From: Asterias rubens
Lineage: Eukaryota
Length of the DNA: 64,000 bases
Direction of reading: 5' to 3'
NCBI RefSeq assembly: GCF_902459465.1
Contig: NC_047073.1
Span: forward strand, 16,740,001-16,804,000
The notes under the pieces were generated by a model. That model was given only the letters and a program-made list of their open reading frames with translations, was not told the origin of the DNA and did not search any database. Position numbers and translations under genes: made by a program. Shown one piece after another: positions 26,437-37,303 of the stretch. The first letter of the stretch is position 1. Every line of letters starts with the position of its first letter.

Positions 26437-27464
26437 GTTGTGTTTTATTCTGAAGCCGATGTCTGCCAACCATTGTTTAAACGTGTGAGTTTGTTGTGTT
26501 TTATTCTGAAGCCGATGTCTGCCAACCATTGTTTCAACGTCCGAGTTTGTTGTGTGTTATTCTGAAGCCGATGTCTGTCAACCATTGTTTCAACGTGTGA
26601 GTTTGTTGTGTGTTATTCTGAAGCCAACCATTGTTTCAACGTGTTAGTTTGTTGTGAGTTATTCTGAAGCCGATGTCTGCCAACCATTGTTTCAACGTGT
26701 GAGTTTGTTGTGTGTTATTCTGAAGCCGATGTCTGCCAATCATTGTTTCAACGTGTGAGTTTGTTGTGTGTTATTCTGAAGCCGATGTCTGTCAACCATT
26801 GTGTCAACGTGTGAGTTTGTTGTGTGTTATTCTGAAGCCGATGTCTGTCAACCATTGTTTCAACGTGAGTTTGTTGTGTGTTATTCTGAAGCCAACCATT
26901 GTTTCAACGTGTGAGTTTGTTGTGAGTTATTCTGAAGCCGATGTCTGCCAACCATTGTTTCAACGTGTGAGTTTGTTGTGTGTTATTCTGAAGCCGATGT
27001 CTGCCAATCATTGTTTCAACGTGTGAGTTTGTTGTGTGTTATTCTGAAGCCGATGTCTGTCAACCCTTGTTTCAACGTGTGAGTTTGTTGTGTGTTATTC
27101 TGAAGCCGATGTCTGTCAACCATTGTTTCAACGTGTGAGTTTGTTGTGTGTTATTCTGAAGCCGATGTCTGCCAATCATTGTTTCAACGTGTGAGTTTGT
27201 TGTGTGTTATTCTGAAGCCGATGTCTGCCAATCATTGTTTCAACGTGTGAGTTTGTTGTGTGTTATTCTGAAGCCGATGTCTGCCAACCCTTGTTTCAAC
27301 GTGTGAGTTTGTTGTGTTTTATTCTGAAGCCGATGTCTGTCAACCATTGTTTCAACGTGTGAGTTTGTTGTGTGTTATTCTGAAGCCGATGTCTGCCAAC
27401 CATTGTTTCAACGTGTGAGTTTGTTGTGTGTTATTCTGAAGCCGATGTCTCAACGTGTGAGTTT
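26437..27464. repeat. 56-bp minisatellite (VNTR-like), about 18-19 copies
   Basis: Unit TTATTCTGAAGCCGATGTCTGCCAACCATTGTTTCAACGTGTGAGTTTGTTGTGTG with variant units; two units lack about 10 bp. Confidence 0.95.
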
Positions 27465-27677
27465 TAATACAACAATTTCTGTCTCACAGTTTAGAATCGG
27501 CTCATTTGCTCTTGGTTTTCCCGGCAGGTATAGATGCACTTAAACAGGTTGGTGGTACGATGTTTCATATCACAATTTAGCACACCAATCCTCATTTTCT
27601 CAAGAAAAAAACCCAGCAGGTCCCAGTGATGTTATTTAATGTTTTTGTTTTGTTATAACAACGAAATGAGTTTTTAA

Positions 27678-28062
27678 AGGAACACGTTGCCTTGGATCGG
27701 TCGAGTTGGTCTTTGAAAAGCATTTGTAACCGTTTGTTATAAAATGCATATGATTAGAAATATATTTTAAAAGTAGAATATAATAATCCACACAAGTATC
27801 ACTCGAAATTGCGTGGTTTCCTCTTACCTCCTCGTCGACAAACACGGTCGGCCATTTATGGGAGTCAAATTTTTGACTCCCATAAATGGCCGACCGTGTT
27901 TGTTCGCAAAGTTAAAGGAAAACCTCGCAATTTCGAGGCAAATATGTGTGTATCATTGTATTCAACTTTTAAAACATCTTTCCAACCATATGCATTTTAT
28001 AACAAATGGTTACAAAACGCTTTTTATAGACCAACTCGTCCGATCAAAGGCAACTTGTTCCT
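27678..28062. mobile_element. Foldback MITE with TTAA TSD, same family as 3923-4306
   Basis: TTAA at 27674-27677 and 28063-28066; TIR AGGAACACGTTGCCTTGGATCGG; perfect 29-bp central inverted repeat at 27841-27900. Confidence 0.85.
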
Positions 28063-31000
28063 TTAAATTGTTACGTACAAAGAGGCCTGGAACATCAACG
28101 TGTGTATTAATTTGGATAAGGTTCTACATATGGGAAAAATAATAACAGTCTGATTGAAATCATTATGTTAAATGCAATTTATATTCCTGGTATGTTTGAC
28201 GACAGCTCGTGCTCAAAAAAACAAAAACAACGTCAGACAGAAGAATAAAGTCAGTGACAGTATAATTAGTTAAAATACAAATAGATCATAGTTATCATTA
28301 TAATTATGAGTTTGGACGACAGACAGATAATCTTAGGTGCTCTGAACAAAATTATTATTAAACTTGATTGTCATTATTTGGCTTCAATGGCCACCCATCG
28401 TAAGGCTCCCAAACTCTACTCAATTTTGGAAATCAACAAGAACGGCAAAGGGGAGATAACAAGCGGACGTTTGTAAATAATATAGAAAAGGTGGGCCTAT
28501 AGCAAAAGAAATGAACATAAATAGATAAGGAAGTAGGTTCTATTCTAGCATCCTAACAATTTCAATATAATACAACTGCATGTCTAAAGGACGACAATGA
28601 CTGGTCCTACTTGTACATACTACAGGTTTGAAATCTACCTTACACCAATACGTGATAAACACTGTACTTTGCAGAGTCCTGAATGCAAGACATGAAAGAA
28701 AAATTACAGAGCGGTCCGAATGGGATTTGAACCCACGACCAGCATTCTAGTACATCTTTGCCTAAACACTTCATCACAGAACTCGTCAGGTGGGGCCAGT
28801 TCGAATTCTAGTAATTAAAATATGCAAATGAACAGTGAAATATGAGTGAACAATAAATCATTTCTTTCGAAGCTGGCGGGAAAGTTAGCAAGTAGCTAGT
28901 CACACAACCAAGCTGTCGGATATAGAAAGCGAGTATGTCATTATGTACCGTCCGGTAAGCATGTTCAGCATGTGCTTGTCAGCACGTGCAATGGAAACTC
29001 GAGGCAGAAAAACCGATCAACAACACTTCTAGCGTTATAACAATTTGCATGGGACCAAAGCCTGGGAATGCTACAACATCGAATTCGCTTCTTTTAAGTA
29101 TTTTCATGTTAATAACTGGATATATATAGTTTTTTGTCACACCTAATCAGTAATGTGGTGAAGACGAACTGATTGAAAATGCATTTTATTTGGAATGTCT
29201 CTTGACACTTGAAACCTTAGAAGGTTTTTGATCAAAATATGAAGATTGTGAAAGTCTACTCTTCAAATGTCAATTTGTGGAACATTCCTTTTTCTTTTCT
29301 TGTTTTCAACAAACACGTGGTTGCAACTAACCTAAGAATGAAATCAGGACATCAGGTTTCAGTAATGACACCAAAAACTGCGATAAACGTGAAGATTTCG
29401 AGCGTGCAACTTGGTCTGCCAAAAAGTAGCAGTGATTTTATCTTCTTAAAGTTAATGATTGTATGGTCTTTCTTTATTTCCGCCTCTTGTTTGGTGTTAC
29501 TTTAAGTTACAGCGTCTTGGGGTCCAGTCATGGATGTTAAGCGCTTTTATAAGCATTATTGATTATTATTTCTATTTTCTTCGATCTGACAGTAGTTCAG
29601 GAAAAGTAGCTAGCGAAAAGAAGCTAAGCATAATAACATTACGCCATGACATGTACAATCGGAGACTGGTATCCTGCTCGTTTGCTTAGCATATGTTGGT
29701 GACCAATGTTTTATGCTTAAGCAGCTGGACGATACTGGGCCCTGGTGATAATAATAATCGATTATTAGTTGTGTTTGTTTGTGTCGATGTAATCGAATAA
29801 TAATAATAATCGATCGCTAATTGTGTTTGTTTGGGTCGATGTAATCGAATAATCTTCTCATTATCAGATCCTAGCAACTCGTCTAAGACAGGTTTCGGCA
29901 ACTTACTGGGTTCTTCAATCGTTAAAAGGTAACTGGTAGACAGGACCTGGTTTGACCTCATTAGTAAGGATTAATCATTGGGCTATATGGGATGAATATT
30001 CATGAGGTCAAGTGGGTACTGGTTACCTTGTAGTACTTCCAATGCTTGACAATATACACAAATTACTTTCAAGTTTCATTCAGATAGATACGCCCCCAAT
30101 GGTAGCAGTTTCTACCCAATTACATTGATACCATAATGAAGACACCTGCATCATTATGATATACTAAACAGACCTACGAAAGTCTAACACTCTATTGTAC
30201 TCACAACGTTTATTGTAGCATAACTCTATACAGAACTGTGGCCTTTTTACCCATTAATACAATGTAACAAAAACACCCACTCCGGAGGTAGCCATTGCTA
30301 CGAAGATTCGAAATAATTTACCAGAGAGTTTGTTCCTGCTTCTTCTGTTGCTTTCAAGTTGTTTGTTCATTTTCTGTGGGTCGTTGTCACTCACGCGGCT
30401 CATCCTAAAATCGAAGCCTGTTTCGTGTCTCGTGTTGCCGACATTGAGATGACAGTCATTGTAAGTAGGTGACGGTCTTTCTTACGGTAGCAGTCATGTA
30501 AAAGGGTATACATGGGTGGTGGGGGCGTCTCTAACCATGGTCCCGAGACTGGCCCGGATGGACGTCCTCGGTTTACCTCTACCTTAAAAACAATGGAAGG
30601 AAATGACACAAACCGAGGCCTTTAACAAAAGGGATCCAGTAAAATTATATAGAGAACAGTCATCGGGTTTGTTCGTGTGCAAAACCAATGGAGACATTGT
30701 TAAACAATATCCAGAAGTCCAAGCAATGAGAAAACAAAGAGAATGCAGTGATTTACGGCAACTACAAACGTGTGTGCAAGCATTAGAATATGAATGCCCC
30801 CCCCCCCCTATATAGGGACTTCTAACACCATATACACGTCCACATGGTGTTTTCACTAATGTTGAAGACATTCTCCTCTATAAAGCGCACAATGTGCTTT
30901 AACTAAAACCAATGATTAAATGGTATCATTCGAAGCCAATAGTTTCTTTTACGAATAAGTTCCCAGATGTTACCATATTCTATCACACAGGTCGTTCCCC

Positions 31001-32878
31001 GGTCGAGTACTCGACTACTCCACGATGTTACCTATTCTCGCACCAGGGAAAAGGAAAGAGAAAGGGGGACACCACATCGTGCAACAATAAGTGTTCGTGA
31101 TTCTGAAATGAAATTACCCACCCTCGAGTTGAGCACCGATAACTAGCAATAAACGAATGTAGACTACGAGGTTTGTGTGACAGAAAACAAGTTAGCGACC
31201 GTCACAATTACATCAGAACCTTTTTACATGTACCAGCCATTTTGGGTAGGAATGATTTCTTGCCAACCTCGTCACCAATGCAATCAACGCTAAGGGAACG
31301 AAGCCGATGAGCTATGTGCCAAAGTGAACTAGTCGTCAAATGGAGTGGTTGTCAATTCAATTGTTCGTCCCCTTAATCTGATTGTATACATCACTGCCAC
31401 GTTTCTCAGTTCCCGGTTGAGTATATTCCAACGAGGAAATAATGGCTGATTATGCAAGGTGGATTTCTTGTTTCGCAGACTGACATTGTGATAAAGGGCT
31501 AATGGTCATAGGTACTTTTCGTTTTATTCAATAAATTGATAATTTATTATCATTGTGTGTTCTTATTTTACGAGTATTAAACGGAAGGGCCTAGTTGAGG
31601 CATACTTTTATAAGCAGGATAATATCACTGTGTTTAAAATGCTTCCAATTACATTAAAAGCTTTTTACCACTTAATAAAATGGAGGTGCATAAAGTCCGA
31701 CGGTATAGCGTTAATTTAAGGAGCGATCGAAAGGTCGAGTATGCTGTGAATATTAACGAGTGGGAAACTGACTTGGTACATTGTGGTGTTTTGGAACACA
31801 ACAAAACAGAGGCATCAAGAAGAACAACAACAGCATCAAACAATAAACAAACCCCAAACAAAACAAAGCAAAACAACAACAGCAATAACAACGGCAAAAA
31901 AGATCATTTCAAGAAAAAGAACCGAAACAATACAAGATTAAATAAACCTATGTTTTATGTTATTGTGTTTCTCTTTTAGGTACACTAGGGCCTACATGAT
32001 TGATTTGTTTAGAGACATTTCATGTTCGCCCTGGAGTTTCAAGAAACTCCCTTCAACCGAACTTGTGAGCTTCATCAAATTGTCATTTCTACGAAAGTTT
32101 GAGTGATTTTGTGCACGACAGTACTTTCTAAAAGTTGCAATCAAAATAAGAAAAAGTGATATCTCACACAATTCTCTACTCGAGTAGCATTTCAGACAGT
32201 AACATTTCTCTGCAGGATCGGTACTGTTTATTGAAGTATCACTATTAATGTACCCTCTTCTCGGAATTCAACTGTGTACATTACAGAACTTCGCATAACG
32301 TGTGGCGTTGATGTCGCTGAATTAATTTGTTTACTCTCAGCTATCTCAGGATGTTTTTACCATATGGATCAAGAAAAAGATACACCTAAAAGCTGGACAA
32401 TACCCCCCGTATTAACATTTGTAATTTTCTCTCCTCTTTAAAAACACCTGCCGTAAGAAAGAAAAGATAAAAGCTGTTGAAACACCCCATGGGTGTGTCA
32501 CTGTCAAAGAAAGTCACTTTACAACATTAGACCACCCCACTCATTCGAGGACGAGATACGACTCTTTACTTGAGGTATAATTACAAGCGAAACAAAACAC
32601 TCTGCGAAGAAAACAGATTAGTACCGGTGACTCCCGGGTACAATGAGGCGGTACTTGAGATGGTGAAGAGGGAAGGAGTCAAACGTCTTCATCGGACAGA
32701 GTGGACGCCGAAGAATGGCACTGCTGTGGCCCCCATATCACTACACACTACCTGGGGGACATGGCGTGTAATAAGAATCAAACTTTCTGTGAATGGAATG
32801 AGGGTGGAAAGGTACCGCCTCACGGAATAAGGACAAGAAATAGTTGACAAGTTGGGTTTTACCGATTTGAAGAGATGT

Positions 32879-32993
32879 CGACAACAACCACAACAACAAA
32901 CAAATAACCAACAACAACAAAAGCAGCGACAGCAACAACGACAACTACAATGACAGCGACAGCGACAGCTACAGCGACAACAACAACGACAAT
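32879..32993. repeat. Compound CAA/CGA/CAG microsatellite-like tract
   Basis: Low-complexity trinucleotide runs seen directly. Confidence 0.8.
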
Positions 32994-33046
32994 AATATTG
33001 TACTATCCCTTTCAGAAAGAAGTACCAGACCAAGTTTTCAAATAGG

Positions 33047-33299
33047 AAATAGACGATACACGTTTGCTTGATGTCATTTCTAAATACTATCACATTAAAT
33101 AGACGATACACGTTTGCTTGATGTCATTTCTAAATACTATCACATTAAATAGACGATACACGTTTGCTTGATGTCATTTCTAAATACTATCACATTAAAT
33201 AGACGATACACGTTTGCTTGATGTCATTTCTAAATACTGTCACATTAAATAGACGATACACGTTTGCTTGATGTCATTTCTAAATACTATCACATTAAA
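33047..33299. repeat. 50-bp tandem repeat, 5 copies
   Basis: Unit AAATAGACGATACACGTTTGCTTGATGTCATTTCTAAATACTATCACATT; one SNP in copy 4. Confidence 0.95.
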
Positions 33300-34377
33300 A
33301 GGACAGATTGATATTAAATTCCACGTGGACAAATGCTAACGGAAGCCACAATATTGGGACACATCGGCAAAGCGTTGAAGCTGCTGCACCGCTCGCAATA
33401 ATTATATTAATTAATTCAGCCATCCAAATTGTGTTCCAACACTGAATCACTTTAACCCGTACTCATTATCTGCAATGGACCGGCCTGACCTGCGCCGCCT
33501 TTGACTGAAAGAACTAATGGGTGCAGTGGCTCGTAAGGGAAATAGACTGAAATCCAGCTATAGAACTAGCCACTGAATTATTGAAATACAACAAAAATCT
33601 TGTTTTGTTCTGAAAATTCAGAGGTCAATTTGGGGTTTGTTATAAAGGTATAATAGGACTGTGCCGATATTTGTGATGATGTGTTAATTGAGTTGGTTTC
33701 AAGCAGAGGTCGTGTGATCTCTTAACGTTTCGAACATTATGCTCATAGGGTCTTCATGACAATACGATGAAGTATGCGGTGTAAAAAAAACCCCTTACGC
33801 ATGGTTAAACCCCCACTAACCGACGTTTCGATATGTATGCCTTCATTGTCTATAAATAAACTTTAACTTGAGAAACGTGTTATTCATCCCATTTGAAAAC
33901 TGCAGATGTTCCATTCAAACTGTTGCAATGGTGTGGTTAGTTTCATTCGTTTTTTAACGGTGTACTTTGTTTACCAGACAATGCGGTTTTATTTTATAAC
34001 GGGACTTCTTGCAAACGTTCCAGTCATTGCAACAAACATGCTTCATCTTATCCATCAGAAAATTCAATTTGTCTCTTATAAAGATGAATTTCGCCAAATA
34101 ACGACTAAAACCCTAAGACCGATTTAAAACATAGACTCATCAAACGAAATTGAGACAATTTTAATTCAAATTCTTAAGGCATCAAACAATGTTCACACAC
34201 ATTAAAATGCCAGAATATATACTTCTATTTGGATCATGTAAAAGAGTGTATACAATTAAATTTTAAAACCCACTTAGTTCTTCGGATGGAAAAGGGAGTT
34301 TAAACATGCTTATGAAGGTCATAAAAAAAGGACATGAATGTTTTTCGTAAACCTCACAAATCTATTCAAGAACCCCA

Positions 34378-34665
34378 AAACATTTAGACGTAACAAATCA
34401 CATCATGAAATACAAACATTTAGACGTAATAAATCACATCATGAAATACAAACATTTAGACGTAACAAATCACATCATGAAATACAAACATTTAGACGTA
34501 ACAAATCACATCATGAAATACAAACATTTAGACGTAACAAATCACATCATGAAATACAAACATTTAGACGTAACAAATCACATCATGAAATACAAACATT
34601 TAAACGTAACAAATCACATCATGAAATACAAACATTTAGACGTAACAAATCACATCATGAAATAT
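34378..34665. repeat. 36-bp minisatellite, 8 copies (inside duplication copy B)
   Basis: Same unit and copy number as 21839-22126. Confidence 0.95.
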
Positions 34666-35306
34666 AGGGCATCAGACTTATATAGACTTCACCCTAGACG
34701 GCCTTGGTTCAAAACGTGTTTCACAATTATCCATTGTTTCAGTTTCACAAAGCGGTACCCTTCACTTTTCAGCCATTCAACTTTTCCAAGAAGTTACTGT
34801 AAGAAGTGATTTATACAAGGCTTCATTTTCAGTCATCAAACAATGGTTCCCTTTTTCCATGTGTAAATTTTTGTCAGTTAGTCAGAAAACTGCAACTGTG
34901 GAAAACCAAAACAGAAGTCACACTGTTTTGAATTATCATTGGAAGTGAAATAAGATTGGCATTAGCACAGTCAAATCGTTCCAAAGTAACAAGGTAAATG
35001 AATTTTAGTTTATCAACAGTCAGAATATGACAACAATTAGTTAACAGCTCGCTTACTTCAATTTCATATTAGATCGGAAGGCAAAACACAAACATCAACT
35101 GGCATCATTTCCAACCAACACGCGCTACCGCTGATGCTACGTTTTTACAGCCATTACACGCAGCAACATCCAATCATGCCTTAACGCTTGATCGTTGCTA
35201 ACTGCGATTCACAGGGGATTTGAAATAATTTACATGAGCTAAAAACTTACTTGCAAATTATTGTCATTAGAAAATAGTCAACAGAAAATGTGGTAATGAT
35301 GCTTAA

Positions 35307-35584
35307 AGGCACTGGGCATTATTGGTAAATACTCAAAATATTGTTAGCATGAAAACTTATTTGGTAACGAGCAACGGGGAGCTGTTGATAGTATAGAATA
35401 CTGTGAGAAACGGCTCCCTCTGAAGTAACATACTTGAATAGAATTCGAGAACTCAGCTGACTTCAAACGCAACTTCGACGACCAATTGAATTCAAATGTT
35501 CATACATTTTTTTTGTGTGCAAATGTTGAGATACACCAAGAGAGAATACTGGTCTTTGACAATTACCAAAGGTGTTCAGTGTCT
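35307..35584. mobile_element. TTAA-flanked MITE (Kolobok/T2-like termini)
   Basis: TTAA at 35303-35306 and 35585-35588. Left AGGCACTGGGCATTATTGGTAA versus reverse complement of right end AGACACTGAACACCTTTGGTAA. A second MITE begins straight after the shared TTAA. Confidence 0.75.
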
Positions 35585-36178
35585 TTAAAGGGTTTTGGGT
35601 ACCTTTTGTATGACACAAAACACAAACCTCCACACAATTACATTCAACTTAGAAAGCTTCCCTTTATTAATTGCGGAGGTGCTGTAGTTTTTGAGAATTA
35701 ATGAGTAAAACAATTTCACAATGACTGTTGTTCCACCCTCATGGCCAAATGTAATGACGCTGATTTCAACCCAGTTTCGAGCCGACTATGCCCGTAAAGG
35801 GTTCTTTTCTACCGGCCGCAACATTCAGAGGTAAACGAGTGAAAAAAGGACGCATGTCATGATCACCTCGACCCATTTGAGATTGGTGTTATCGCTAATT
35901 CACTTTAGTGTATGTTGCTTTCCCTCCAAACAAAGCTTCAAATCGACAAAAACTAACAATTCTCAGATTTTTGATGTAAGCCTTTGTTTGACCCCAAGTT
36001 AATTACATTTTTACCCAGTCTGTTTCACTTGTGGTTATTACTTAAGTTTAAAAATAGGGAATAAGTTTGCACTAAACTTAAGCTGATTCCATCACCCCGT
36101 GCCGATTATAGTGAAATGGCTTAAAAATAATTGCAAATTTTCAGACGTTGAAAACCCCCCTAAACTTAGCCTAAACAT

Positions 36179-36311
36179 CTCGTCACACTTCGAGGCTCGT
36201 AAAAGACAGGGGCCCAGTTTTGAACAACTCGTCACACTTCGAGGCTCGTAAAGACAGGGGCCCAGTCTTGAACAACTCGTCACACTTCGAGGCTCGTAAA
36301 GACGGGCCCAG
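36179..36311. repeat. 48-49 bp tandem repeat, about 2.7 copies
   Basis: CTCGTCACACTTCGAGGCTCGTAAA at 36179, 36228 and 36276. Confidence 0.9.
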
Positions 36312-36416
36312 ACAATCACAAAAGTCGCTGAACATTGAGTTATCTCTCGGCAACAGGGGGCGCCCTTTGCCTGTAAGCACATAAGAGCATGGTACAGATA
36401 AACACATAAGCCTGTC

Positions 36417-37186
36417 TGTAGGACTGAAGGTAGTAGCTCGATTGTAGCAACATAAAAACTGGTTGGATATTTATAAATCTAGGAAACTTGTAAATCCTCA
36501 GTGTTACTGCTGGCCGATAAACACAAATAAGAAAGTCAATGGAATCTTGTTCTGATCTGACTGTGATTGATAGAGAATTTATTTCTTTCTGTTCTTGATC
36601 CTCTATTCCTTTCTTATAATCTTGTTTTACGTTGGTTTGTTGGTTTGCTTGAAGTTGTTTACTTGTTTACTTGTTGTTATGCTGAAATAACAATAGAGAA
36701 ATACATAATCAAAACCTGATACATATACAGCCAAAACATGAATAGCCCTAGACACAGTTATAATGTTTTAAAGTCTGACATAATTAAGGCTGTATGCAGC
36801 CGCCCTGTGAAGAACTGCAGGTATGGAACCCTAAATGCATGAACATGTACATGAATATATAACCCCATACAAACTCTGACCATGTGACTAAATCTCAAAT
36901 GTTTACTGTCAATAAAAACTCCCAAAAACTTGATTTGTCTCCCTTACGGGCTCATAACAATAATAGATCAATTATTAACTGTCAACTCACCCAGTTCAGG
37001 TAACGATTGGATTTCAATAACAGGAACAAATGGACCTTTTTTAGTACCAAAAACGGTACAACCTTGAACATTTAACAAAATGGGATTTGGCAAAAAGAAA
37101 ACGCACAGCGCCCTCAAGCATCAAAAACTAGAAACATTAGCACTGGATTTAGCGCCCTCTTGTGTTAAAAAAGACTAGTTCCAACA
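36417..37186 (-). repeat. 3-prime LTR of the BEL/Pao element
   Basis: Plus strand runs TGTAGGACTG...GTTCCAACA. I saw no difference from 43862-44631 by eye. The adjacent internal sequence is a weak purine-rich tract (GTGGGCGGCCA on minus). Confidence 0.95.
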
Positions 37187-37303
37187 TGGCCGCCCACAAA
37201 TTTCTTAAGGAAATTTGCAAAAATCAAATACAACCTTTTTACGGTAACATTAACATATAGGTAGACTTTTAGGCATTCTAAGGCAAACACCTCAATTAGG
37301 AAC

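Larger units (their letters stand above)
33923..35720 (+). repeat. Direct duplication, copy B (paralogous to 21371-22865)
   Basis: Colinear near-identity with copy A. Retains the ~315-bp segment (about 35055-35370) absent from A, but breaks off inside the second MITE at 35720. Confidence 0.95.

Noticed and set aside
28715-28745. tRNA gene (also 20660, 55465, 56220 and 61700)
   Set aside because: Only B-box-like GG(A/G)TTCGAA(C/T)CC motifs without a complete cloverleaf; these are SINE heads or fragments.
32689-33111. Metallothionein-like Cys-rich ORF (CRCCCRCSCRCRCHC...)
   Set aside because: It is the reverse-strand translation of a CAA/CGA/CAG microsatellite.
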